DNA of 32,000 nucleotides from an uncultured Chloroflexia bacterium (GTDB lineage Bacteria > Chloroflexota > Ktedonobacteria > Ktedonobacterales > JADMIN01): positions 960,001-992,000 of the forward strand of contig CAVRAI010000015.1 in the NCBI GenBank assembly GCA_963718915.1, read 5' to 3'. This document shows, piece by piece, positions 9,718 to 18,065 of this stretch. Both the position numbers and the translations under genes were made by a program. Within the stretch, counting starts at the first letter, position 1, and each line of letters opens with the position of its first letter. Below the pieces are notes generated by a model, which made no database searches, was not told the origin of the DNA, and saw only the letters and a list, made by a program, of their open reading frames with translations.

Positions 9718-10191
9718 ATGCGCCGTCGCTGGCTCAAGATCGGTATCGCCGTCTGCGCGCTTGTGGTCGTTCCTCTTGGTGTTCGTTTCCTCGTCGCCCC
9801 TGTCTTCATCGGCCAACCTGATAGCGTACATATTGTCGTGAGCAGGGTGAACAACTATTCTGATCAACACGGATCGGTCATCTTCGACCACGAGTTTTCG
9901 CAACAGGCAGCACCGGTGTATGCGGAACTGGTTACCGGCGGACCTCTCCCCGACATGCCCGCCTCCTGTCCAATCATCTTAGAAAACCGGCCATACTATC
10001 GTTACGAGTTAACGTTCTTTCGCTGGGACATAGTGACGGCTCAAGCAACGGATGATGCGATTGGCTGTATGTATTTCTCGGTCAAGTATCCACTTGGCGC
10101 CACTGAAGGGTACTCCTGGTATCGGGGCGAAGGTCACCCCACATTCTGGGTGCGTCTCTACGAACTCACCAACACGCCTCAGCCGCAATGA
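9718..10191 (+). CDS. Hypothetical membrane-anchored or secreted protein
   Basis: SD gagggaggg lies upstream of the ATG. The N-terminal hydrophobic segment is WLKIGIAVCALVVVPLGVRFLV. No family was recognised. Confidence 0.6.
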   Translation: MRRRWLKIGIAVCALVVVPLGVRFLVAPVFIGQPDSVHIVVSRVNNYSDQHGSVIFDHEFSQQAAPVYAELVTGGPLPDMPASCPIILENRPYYRYELTFFRWDIVTAQATDDAIGCMYFSVKYPLGATEGYSWYRGEGHPTFWVRLYELTNTPQPQ

Positions 10192-10217
10192 CCCTGGTTA
10201 CCCTGTGAGCTTGCCCG

Positions 10218-10769
10218 CTACGTGCTCGCAGTCGGATTAGCGAGGGAGCCGAACATCTCGCCATCGGGATTGCCGGGATGCGGGCCGACGGTCATCCCCA
10301 CCCGGCGCATGACATTCGCCGAGCGTTCATTCTCGCGGAAGCAGACGCTGGTGATACGCCGCACTTTCAGCGTCTCGAAGGCATAGCGCACCACTGCGTC
10401 AGTCGCCTCCTTCATGATGCCTTTATCCCACCATTCGCGCTTCAAACCATAGAACAGCTCGACCTCCGGTGTGGCTAGAGCGCCCTGATCGAGCAGATAG
10501 AACTGCAATCCAACCATGCCGACGAATGCGCCCGTGGCACGCAACACGATTGCCCACTCACCAAAGCCCTCCCACTCGAACTGCGCGATGCGATACGCAA
10601 AGCGCGGACGCCACTCCTCCAGGGTACGGGCGCGTTTGCCGCCGTCTGGCGCCCTTCCAAACCCCATCATGGGAAAGACATCAGGATGCGACATCATCTC
10701 CACGAAATCGGGCAGGTCATCCGTCTCCAGCGGGCGCAGCGTCAGGCGCGCCGTCTCTAACGTCGTCAT
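10218..10769 (-). CDS. GNAT family N-acetyltransferase (RimJ/RimL-like)
   Basis: MTTLETARLTLRPLETDDLPDFVEMM... is typical of Acetyltransf_3. ATG 10769 is preceded by aaggag. The track start at 10784 is a TTG overlapping the upstream stop. Confidence 0.8.
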   Translation of the reverse strand: MTTLETARLTLRPLETDDLPDFVEMMSHPDVFPMMGFGRAPDGGKRARTLEEWRPRFAYRIAQFEWEGFGEWAIVLRATGAFVGMVGLQFYLLDQGALATPEVELFYGLKREWWDKGIMKEATDAVVRYAFETLKVRRITSVCFRENERSANVMRRVGMTVGPHPGNPDGEMFGSLANPTAST

Positions 10770-10780
10770 GCGGTCTCCTT

Positions 10781-11917
10781 TCAAAACATTTTGGCGAGCG
10801 CCTGGAAGAGGCGATCAACTTCCTCATGCGTGTTGTACAGATGCGGCGAGACACGTATCGCGTTGCCGCGAAAACTGACATAGATGCCCTCCGCCGCGAG
10901 TTGCTTGCTCAGGTCCGGCTGTAATGGGGCGCTGGAGCGCAGGCCAATCAGATGGCCAACACGTCGCTCGCCCGGCACAGGATCGAGGCCAACGCGGCGC
11001 GCGCCCTCTTCGATATGCGCTGTCAGTTCGCGTAGGGTCGCGGCAATCTCCTCAACGCGCCACTCCAGCAGTTGCCGCAGTGACGCGATGGCGATGGGCA
11101 TCAGCGCGAAGTTGGAGCGCTCGCCCATGTCATACCGTCGCGTGCCAGGCTGGAATGTATCACGGTAGTTGACGAGTCCGTTGAAGTCTTCGCTCTGCTC
11201 GCGCGTGATCCAGTTGGATTCCAGCGGCACACCCTCTCGCCAGCGGGGAGCAACATAGACAAAGCCCAGGCTATACGGGCCGAGAAGCCACTTATACGTC
11301 ACGGCGACGAGGAAGTCGGGTTGGATCTCTGCCACCGAGAAGGGATGCGCCCCAACCGATTGCGCGCCATCCACCACCAGCGCCGCGCCGACCGACCGCG
11401 CCCGCTCGCCGATGCGCGCCAGATCGATCAGGCTGCCGTCGGTCCAGTGGCAATGCGGGACGGCTACAATACCAGTGCGCTCGTCGATTTGCGCTAAAAG
11501 AGCCGCCGTCCAGTCGAAGTCGGGCGGTCGCAATACCGTGACGATGGTGGCTCCTGCGCGTGCGGCGAGATCGCGCCAGGGATAGACGTTCGAGGGGAAC
11601 TGGTCTTCCAGTAGCACGATGGTCTGTCCGCTGGCGAGGGGCAGATTTGCCGCCGCAAGGCCGATACCATAGCTGGCAGATGGGATAATCGCCACCCCAT
11701 CTCGGTCGCCGCCGATCAATTCGGCGAAGAGGCCGCGCGCCGTCTCAGACTCGCTAAAGAAGTCCTGAGCTGAGATTTTCCACGGCTCCGACTTGCGCGC
11801 CACCCCAGACTGTCCGGCTTCGCGTGAGGCACGTGGCAGGGGCGACATATACGAACAGTTCAAATAGGCGATTTCATCAGGAATATCGAACAGATTCCGT
11901 TGATTGGCCAGTGTCAC
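10781..11917 (-). CDS. Class V aminotransferase-fold PLP-dependent enzyme
   Basis: 378 aa with a GTG start preceded by aaggag. The segment DGAQSVGAHPFSVAEIQPDFLVAVTYKWLLGPYSLGFVYV holds the PLP-lysine context of cysteine-desulfurase/kynureninase-like class V enzymes. Confidence 0.8.
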   Translation of the reverse strand: MTLANQRNLFDIPDEIAYLNCSYMSPLPRASREAGQSGVARKSEPWKISAQDFFSESETARGLFAELIGGDRDGVAIIPSASYGIGLAAANLPLASGQTIVLLEDQFPSNVYPWRDLAARAGATIVTVLRPPDFDWTAALLAQIDERTGIVAVPHCHWTDGSLIDLARIGERARSVGAALVVDGAQSVGAHPFSVAEIQPDFLVAVTYKWLLGPYSLGFVYVAPRWREGVPLESNWITREQSEDFNGLVNYRDTFQPGTRRYDMGERSNFALMPIAIASLRQLLEWRVEEIAATLRELTAHIEEGARRVGLDPVPGERRVGHLIGLRSSAPLQPDLSKQLAAEGIYVSFRGNAIRVSPHLYNTHEEVDRLFQALAKMF

Positions 11918-12078
11918 AAGCGATCTCCTTTATACCATCGTCCACACGGCTTCCGCAGCGAGGCTCTTGAGCGCCATACCTGGAATTATCGCAAGAAAAC
12001 TGCGCAGTTCGCCACCACCAATTGTGCTATGCTGCGCTGGAATGTCTGGTGGAATGCTATAGACCCTGGGAGAATTCA

Positions 12079-13677
12079 GTGGCAGCGGATGCGCGCAGGA
12101 TAGTCGAGCGAGCAATCACGCGGGCGGCGCAGCGACACGCGCTCTGGACGCCGGGCGCGCGGCTGGTCGTCGCGGTCTCAGGTGGAGCTGATTCGCTGTG
12201 CCTGCTTGGCGCGCTGCTGGCGTTGCGCGACCGTGGGCATCGTCTCGCGCCGGGCGAGATCATCGTGGCGCATTTCGATCACGGGCTGCGGGGCGAAGAA
12301 AGCAGCGCGGACGCACGCTTTGTGCAACAGGTTGCCGCCGAAGTTGGCGCTCCATTCGTTCTTGGACAACCTGACGTCCCATACTCGACCGAACTGCGCG
12401 TCGGGATCGAGGATTGGGCGCGGCGAACGCGCTACGCCTTTCTGCGGCGGGTCGCAGTGGAGTATGAGGCCGAGCGCATCGTGACTGGCCACACGCACGA
12501 TGACCAGGCCGAGACGATTCTGTTGCACTGGCTACGTGGCAGCGGGCTGGCGGGCATGCGGGGCATGGCGCCCCTGCGCGGCGATATCGCGCGTCCGCTG
12601 CTCGACGTGACTCACGCGCAGACGATGGCCTACTGCACCGCGCTTGGGTGGACGCCGCGTGAGGATAGCAGCAACGCCGATCCGCGCTTTTTGCGCAACC
12701 GCATCCGCCACGAACTGCTGCCGCTGCTCGAAACCTACAATCCAGGCATCCGCGAACGCCTGGCGCGCAATGGTGAACTGCTGGCGGAGGATGAAGCGTA
12801 TCTGGAGGCACAGACTCAGGTAGCTTGGGCTGATGTGTCGGAGAGGCCATACCGGGGCGGCGTTCGACTGGACCGGAAGCTGACGCCTGAGCTACCGCCA
12901 GCGTTACGTCACCGGCTCTATCGCGCCGCCGTCCGCACGGTGAGCAATGGCGAAGTCACCCTGGAGGCGCGCCATATCACGGGGCTTGATAGGCAACTGT
13001 TGGATGGACATACGGGTAGCTTCCGGCGTCTTCCCGGAGGAATCAGCGCCATCATGAAGTATGACGCTCTGGTATTCCAGCAAGATGCCGCTTCAACTTC
13101 CGCGCGAGTTGGCTCTGGGCAGTCCGCGAAGGCGGACTTTGTGGCCGCAGGCCCTTCAGGCGCGGTTTCAACCGCCCGCGCTGGAAATCTCCCGCAGGCG
13201 TGGCAGCTTCCCGTGCCGGGCGCCGTCGCGTTGCCGGAGCTTGGCTGGCGCATCCGCGCGTGGCGCATCGAGGGCGCGCCGGGAAGCGAAGATGCCAGTG
13301 GATTGCCGCCCGCGCCCGCACTACCGTCACTCTCGTTTGCTGACCGGCCAGCCGAAATTGGCCGCGCTGAGTCACGTGTCTACCTGGATGCATCGACTAT
13401 CGGCGAAACGCTGACCGTGCGCGCGTGGCAGCCCGGCGACCGCTTCCGTCCGCTAGGCATGCGTGGCGAGAAGAAGCTACAAGACTACTTCAGCGACGCC
13501 AAGGCGCCGCGCGAGCTACGGGGGCGGCTGCCGCTTGTCTTCAACGCCGACCATCTGGTCTGGGTAGCTGGTCTGCGCATCGACGACCGCGTCCGCCTGA
13601 CGCCGACGACGCAGGCGGTGGTTGTGCTTCAATTGGAGCCGCTCACTGCTCCATCACACGGCGAAAGTAGCTGGTAA
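12079..13677 (+). CDS. tilS: tRNA(Ile)-lysidine synthetase
   Basis: The PP-loop LVVAVSGGADSLCL is followed by HFDHGLRGEES and HTHDDQAETILLHWLRGSG. The C-terminal TilS substrate-binding region reads WQPGDRFRPLGM...KKLQDYF. A likely start is GTG 12079 after gggaga, though the ORF is open from TTG 12022. Confidence 0.85.
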   Translation: MAADARRIVERAITRAAQRHALWTPGARLVVAVSGGADSLCLLGALLALRDRGHRLAPGEIIVAHFDHGLRGEESSADARFVQQVAAEVGAPFVLGQPDVPYSTELRVGIEDWARRTRYAFLRRVAVEYEAERIVTGHTHDDQAETILLHWLRGSGLAGMRGMAPLRGDIARPLLDVTHAQTMAYCTALGWTPREDSSNADPRFLRNRIRHELLPLLETYNPGIRERLARNGELLAEDEAYLEAQTQVAWADVSERPYRGGVRLDRKLTPELPPALRHRLYRAAVRTVSNGEVTLEARHITGLDRQLLDGHTGSFRRLPGGISAIMKYDALVFQQDAASTSARVGSGQSAKADFVAAGPSGAVSTARAGNLPQAWQLPVPGAVALPELGWRIRAWRIEGAPGSEDASGLPPAPALPSLSFADRPAEIGRAESRVYLDASTIGETLTVRAWQPGDRFRPLGMRGEKKLQDYFSDAKAPRELRGRLPLVFNADHLVWVAGLRIDDRVRLTPTTQAVVVLQLEPLTAPSHGESSW

Positions 13678-14785
13678 TCTCCTCGTCAGTCAGCGCCTCT
13701 GCCGCATCGCCAACGCTCAACTCGAACATCCAGTAGTCGGGCAAGTCAGTCGGCGCCAGCCACGCGAAGAGCGCCACGCTCTCCTCGCGGGCAATCGCGA
13801 GCGCCGCAGCCTTGAGGCGCTCAGGGTCGCCACGCAGGTAGACGTGCATCATGTTGGTCTGTGGCGGGTTCGGCTTGACGATGATGCCTGGAACCGCGCT
13901 CATCGCCTGGGCAATGCGCACCGCTCGTTCGTGATAGCCCGCGAAACGTGTCAGCCGCAGTCGCAATCCCTCACGCGCCGCGATGACATACGGATAGAGC
14001 TGCACCAGATTGCCGCCGTGTCGCCGCTGCCAGACACGCGCCTCCGCGATAACGTCAGCCGGGCCAGCCAGCGCTGCCCCCGCGATGCCGCCGATGCCCT
14101 TGTAGAACGAGACGTAGACGGTATCGAAGAGCGCGGCGATCTCCGCATACGAGCGCCCGTAATACGGCGCCGATTCCCACAACCGCGCCCCATCCATGTG
14201 CATCGCGATGTTGTGCTCGCGCGCCCAGGCCGACTGCGCCTCCAGGTCATCCCAGTTGGGCAACTGACCGCCGATTTCGCGCAGCGGCAACTCCAGTAAC
14301 AGCGCGGCCAGTGGCTCATGGATCGCCTTCACGTCGTCGAGTGTGATAACCTGGCGCGTATTGCCGACCAGGCGTCCGGTCAGCCCGTGCAGCGCCTGAT
14401 ACGCCTTCTGTTCGTGAATTTCCAGGTGACAGGTGGGGTGGAAGCCGACGGTACGACACTGCTTGCGCTCGCTCCAGATGCGCAGGGCAATCTGCTGCGC
14501 CATCGTGCCGCTGGGCATGAAGACAGCGGCGTCTTTCCCCAGCAGGTCGGCGACCTCGCGCTCGAATCGCTCGATGAGTTCGCCCTCGCCATAGCGGTCG
14601 GCCAGCTCATCGGGATCGGTTGCCGCCGCCAGCGCCGCCAGCATGGCATGCGGGCGCGATGGCCCATGCCCTCCAAGGAATCGCTCGCAGCGGCTATATA
14701 CGGCGCGGCGCTCGGCCTCTTCGTCAGGCGTATTGTTAGAGCTGGCAGGCTCAGCGGGTTCGGTGGTCTCGGTATGTGCGGGCAT
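13643..14785 (-). CDS. Threonine aldolase / beta-eliminating lyase family PLP enzyme
   Basis: ATG 14785 is preceded by aaagga. DRYGEGELIERFEREVADLLGKDAAVFMPSGTMAQQIAL fits the low-specificity threonine aldolase family. The 3' end overlaps convergent tilS by 35 nt. Confidence 0.7.
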   Translation of the reverse strand: MPAHTETTEPAEPASSNNTPDEEAERRAVYSRCERFLGGHGPSRPHAMLAALAAATDPDELADRYGEGELIERFEREVADLLGKDAAVFMPSGTMAQQIALRIWSERKQCRTVGFHPTCHLEIHEQKAYQALHGLTGRLVGNTRQVITLDDVKAIHEPLAALLLELPLREIGGQLPNWDDLEAQSAWAREHNIAMHMDGARLWESAPYYGRSYAEIAALFDTVYVSFYKGIGGIAGAALAGPADVIAEARVWQRRHGGNLVQLYPYVIAAREGLRLRLTRFAGYHERAVRIAQAMSAVPGIIVKPNPPQTNMMHVYLRGDPERLKAAALAIAREESVALFAWLAPTDLPDYWMFELSVGDAAEALTDEEITSYFRRVMEQ

Positions 14786-14913
14786 CGCGAGTGATCCTTT
14801 CCGATGTGGATTCTCTGCCGCCGATAATAGCACATCGTATACTTGTGACGCTGCGATACACTGTGATTGTGGAGTCGCCAGAGGCAGCGGTGGCGGGAGG
14901 CGAAGCAGAGCAG

Positions 14914-15564
14914 ATGTCACTGGATGCGCGGAGTGATGAGCAGGAGCGCGAGCGCGGGTTGATTGCGCGCGGTCAGGAGGGTGATCGCGCCGCCTTCAAT
15001 GCGCTGGTCGAGAAATATCAGGGCGCGGCGTACGCGCTGGCGTTCCGCATGCTCGGCGATCCCGATGCGGCGGCTGATGTGACGCAGGAGGCGTTCTTTT
15101 CCGCCTATCGCGCGCTGGGCGCATTTCATGGATCTTCGTTCCGCGCCTGGCTGCTGCGTATTGTCAGCAACGGCTGCTACGATGTCTTCCGCGCGCGCGG
15201 ACGACAGCCGGTGACCTCGCTCGAAGCGATGCTCGAACACGACGATGCCTCATCCAGTGATTCGCGCCTGCCTACCACAATGGTTGACCCTTCATGGGAT
15301 CCAGAGGAATCGATGCTGCGCGCCGAAATGGTTCATTCCATCGAATCAGCACTCCTGCAGTTGCCGCCGGAGCAGCGCCTGGCCGTTGTGCTCTGCGATA
15401 TTCAGGGAATGGCCTATGACGAGGTCGCGCGTATCATGGAGACTCCGCTCGGCACCGTCAAATCGCGTATAGCGCGCGCCCGCGCTCAGCTTCGGGTGCT
15501 GCTCACGCGCGGCGGGGAACTTTCACCACCCACACAACGTCAAGACGCAGAGCGTTCTACATGA
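14914..15564 (+). CDS. ECF-type sigma-70 family RNA polymerase sigma factor
   Basis: Region 2 reads FNALVEKYQGAAYALAFRMLGDPDAAADVTQEAFFSAYRAL. Region 4 reads QRLAVVLCDIQGMAYDEVARIMETPLGTVKSRIARAR. ATG 14914 is taken as the start, though the ORF is open from 14776. Confidence 0.85.
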   Translation: MSLDARSDEQERERGLIARGQEGDRAAFNALVEKYQGAAYALAFRMLGDPDAAADVTQEAFFSAYRALGAFHGSSFRAWLLRIVSNGCYDVFRARGRQPVTSLEAMLEHDDASSSDSRLPTTMVDPSWDPEESMLRAEMVHSIESALLQLPPEQRLAVVLCDIQGMAYDEVARIMETPLGTVKSRIARARAQLRVLLTRGGELSPPTQRQDAERST

Positions 15565-15658
15565 CCGCATGTTGTTTGCGTTATTCACGTTATTCGCGTT
15601 GCTCAGGCCACCAGCATAGCCAGACCATACATGTGAGAACAGAGTCAGAGATATTGAG

Positions 15659-16399
15659 ATGACTGAAGACATCAATCGCAGGTTACACGATTCGCCAGAG
15701 TACCGGCAGGAACAGCTTTCCGCCGCGCTGGATGGGATGCTGGAGCCTGATGAGCAGGCCGCGTTGGATACGCATCTGGCTGGCTGCGAAACGTGTGCGC
15801 GCGAACTGGAGGAGCTACGTCAGGTGCGCCTGCTCTTGCGGGCTGTGCCAGAGCCAGCCCTGCCACGCTCGTTCCTGCTGCCGACCGAGGGCGAGTTGGT
15901 GGCGCCCCGTAGCCCCACGCGCCCCGCCGAGCGCACGCCAGCGACGAACATTACGCCGCTGCGTCAGCCGACACGCACCGCGACGCGCACGCTCCAGGTG
16001 ACACGCTGGATCGGCACGATTGCCGCCGTACTTGGCATGGCGCTCTTCCTCGGTACGCTTCTCATTCACCAAGGAGCCAACTACAGCACTAGCGCGCCAA
16101 ACTCCGGGCAATACGGCGGGCCGAATCCCGCTATCGGTGGCGGGACTGCCAATGGCGGGACGATTCCATCGCCGACGCACACGTTTTCCAGCGGTGGGAC
16201 TCAATCGACAGACAAAGCCGCTACTGCTACATCTTCGCCAACGCTTCCCGCGAAGAGTTCGGGAACTCCAGCGACGACGCTGGTCTCACCGTCGCCCAGC
16301 CCGACGTTCGGAGATATTCTGCGCACGGTGGCGCTCGTACTGCTCTTCGGCGGGATCGTGCTGGCGCTGGCGTCCTTCATCGTGGCGCGGCGGATATAG
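15659..16399 (+). CDS. Zinc-binding (ZAS, HxxxCxxC) anti-sigma factor, membrane protein with Thr/Ser/Pro-rich extracytoplasmic region
   Basis: LSAALDGMLEPDEQAALDTHLAGCETCARELEEL matches the zf-HC2 motif. TM segments are WIGTIAAVLGMALFLGTLLI and a C-terminal VALVLLFGGIVLALASFIV. It lies directly downstream of the ECF sigma gene. Confidence 0.8.
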   Translation: MTEDINRRLHDSPEYRQEQLSAALDGMLEPDEQAALDTHLAGCETCARELEELRQVRLLLRAVPEPALPRSFLLPTEGELVAPRSPTRPAERTPATNITPLRQPTRTATRTLQVTRWIGTIAAVLGMALFLGTLLIHQGANYSTSAPNSGQYGGPNPAIGGGTANGGTIPSPTHTFSSGGTQSTDKAATATSSPTLPAKSSGTPATTLVSPSPSPTFGDILRTVALVLLFGGIVLALASFIVARRI

Positions 16400-16417
16400 C
16401 GGCAGGTGGTTAAGGGC

Positions 16418-16511
16418 AAATTCGCCGTAGCGTGATGAACGTTCACGTTTTCTTCCCACCCCGTCGAGGTGGGGGTGGGGCAGGCCGTAGCATAAACGCT
16501 ACGGCGAATTT
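16418..16511. repeat. Nested inverted-repeat / hairpin cluster
   Basis: aaattcgccgtagcg (16418-16432) is the perfect reverse complement of cgctacggcgaattt (16497-16511). The enclosed sequence holds a 10-bp palindrome tgaacgttca (16436-16445) and a C/G hairpin (cccacc...ggtggg). It also holds a short hairpin gccgtagc-ataaac-gctacggc. Confidence 0.8.
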
Positions 16512-16562
16512 CCGGGGGTCTGCCCAATTCGCCGGGGCCTTCAGGCTCCGGCAGGCTCACCC
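16483..16562 (-). repeat. ~80-bp structured repeat, copy A (inverted relative to copy B at 18811-18892)
   Basis: The reverse complement of this segment aligns to 18811-18892. The first 21 nt gggtgagcc[t/a]gccggagcctg match 20/21. A shared gcgaatt follows, then a variable middle with indels. The last 27 nt attcgccgtagcgttta[t/c]gctacggc match 26/27. Confidence 0.75.
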
Positions 16563-16732
16563 TACTACACGGTTCGGGGTTTATGCGTAACAGTTCATCA
16601 ACCGCCCGCGCTTCTCACCCGTGCGTCTCGCAAACTCCGCGGCACGCGCCAAACAACACCCTTCCCTTCTAGCTGCCGATGGGCTACACTGTGCCTGCAA
16701 GCCATCACGCCGATACGCTGGAGGAAAAGCCG

Positions 16733-18030
16733 ATGACCGCCTATCGCAACGCCTTCGTCAGCCATGCCCATGCCAATAATGCTCAGTGCGATCCCTTTGT
16801 GGCTGCTTTCCAGCGTCGCGGCGTTAGCCTCTACTACGACCGCGCCGACCCACAGGTTGGCCACGACCTTGGCGAAGCATTGGAGCGTGAACTCGAGCGC
16901 GCCACGGCGCTGATCGTCATGGTCACTCCAGCTGCCCTTGCCTCCTTCTGGGTGCGCGAAGAGATCAGCATCTTCTTCGCCCTCATGGCGCGCGATCCCT
17001 CCCGGCTGCTTATCCCGATCAAATTGGAGGCGTGTGAACTGCCGCCACGTCTGGCGGCGCGCTGGTGGGTGGACGCTACAGATCTCGCGCCGAATGATGT
17101 GGTGGATCAGGTAGTTCAGGCGCTTGCAATAGGGGCGCAGGATCCATCTCTCCCGGTATCCTCACCACCGCGTGATACCCTGCCGCCGCTCGGCCCGGCG
17201 CCCGCGCCCGCCAACAGCGCGCCCGCCCACCACCTGACGCCAATGCCGCTCTACACCCTCGGCTTTCGCGGCTACACCATCGCCGGCGTTGAGTGCATCC
17301 TGCCGCCCATCTGCCCCGTGCCTGGCAGCGTCTTCACTATGGGCAGCGACAAGACCCGCGACAAAGAGGCGCGCGACAACGAGACGCCGCAGTATCCGGT
17401 CGAAGTGGACGCCTTCGCTATCGGTCAGCACCCGGTCACCGTCGCCGAGTATGCCTGCGCCGTTCGCGCGAAAGCAGTGCGCGAGCCGCACGACAATGGG
17501 AACATCGATGTAGACTGGGCGAAGCAGCAGACGCATCCTGACCATCCGGTGGTCTGCGTCTCCTGGAACGATGCGCTCGCCTACACGCCTGGCTGGCGAA
17601 GACGACGGGGCAGGGCTGGCGGCTGCCGAGCGAGGCGGAGTGGGAGAAGGCGGCGCGCGGGACAGATGGGCGCATCTATCCCTGGGGCGACGAATTCGAC
17701 AAAGCGCGCTGCAACACCCACGAGAGCGGCATCGGAACGACCACGCCCGTCGGGCGTTATCCCAACGGCGAGAGTCCCTATCATGTCCAGGACATGACGG
17801 GCAACGTCTGGGAGTGGACAAGCAGCCTCTTCCAGCCCTATCCCTACCGCAAAAACGACGGACGAGAGAATCCAAATTCTACTGATAATCGAGTGCTTCG
17901 TGGCGGTTCGTGGTACGGCGGCTCCAGGAACGCGCGCGCGGCCTACCGCCTCGGCGACAGGCCGGACCACTTCTACAACGACGTAGGGTTTCGGCTCGCT
18001 CTGGCGCGTGCGGGGGCTGGTTCAGCATAA
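16733..18030 (+). pseudogene. TIR domain / FGE-sulfatase (C-type-lectin fold) fusion; DGR target gene, interrupted by a 1-nt frameshift near 17588-17590
   Basis: ATG 16733 follows SD ggagga. The TIR-like N-terminus is AFVSHAHANNAQCDPFVAAFQRRGVSLYYD...LIVMVTPAALASFWVREEI, which carries the SxWxxxE motif. The FGE-sulfatase domain follows (PGSVFTMGSDK...ETPQYPVEVDAFAIGQHPVTVAEYA...HPVVCVSWNDALAY). The domain then continues only in the frame offset by 2: WLAKTTGQGWRLPSEAEWEKAARGTDGRIYPWGDEF...MTGNVWEWTSS...[38 protein letters not shown], ending at stop 18028-18030. Confidence 0.85.
17892..18016 (+). repeat. DGR variable repeat (VR) at the 3' end of the TIR/FGE-sulfatase gene
   Basis: This 125-bp segment aligns without gaps to 18370-18494. 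It has 13 mismatches, all opposite adenines of the other copy. It ends in a 31-nt adenine-free G/C-rich block (gggtttcggctcgctctggcgcgtgcggggg), after which the two copies diverge. Confidence 0.9.
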
Positions 18031-18059
18031 TCCTCTGGTTCTGATTTCTGTTTTCCATT

Positions 18060-18065
18060 TATAAT
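18060..18065 (+). promoter_or_regulatory. Candidate -10 box (TATAAT) in the AT-rich spacer upstream of the TR
   Basis: A perfect tataat sits inside a ~70-nt stretch of about 34% GC by my count, in a window of about 60% GC. Only a weak -35 is present (ttctga/ggttct). Confidence 0.3.

Noticed and set aside
13643-13677. A 35-nt convergent overlap of the tilS and threonine-aldolase-like 3' ends, and the unusually long TilS (about 530 aa with an Ala/Ser/Gly-rich insert).
   Set aside because: Convergent 3' overlaps and lineage-specific TilS inserts are common. Nothing in the sequence suggests a special function.
16565-16613. Direct-orientation similarity between 16565-16613 and 18905-18958. The shared elements are ggt(g)ttcgg and caaccgcccgc with equal 21-nt spacing. 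This could represent target-site or flank duplication.
   Set aside because: Only two short G/C-rich words match, and the 21 nt between them are essentially unrelated (about 5 of 21 identical). This is within chance expectation for high-GC sequence.
17579-17600. Programmed -1 ribosomal frameshifting as the explanation for the frame change in the TIR/FGE gene.
   Set aside because: There is no slippery X XXY YYZ heptamer at the junction (gcctacacgcctggctgg), and I could identify no obvious downstream pseudoknot or stem at the right spacing. A 1-nt deletion or an assembly error is simpler.
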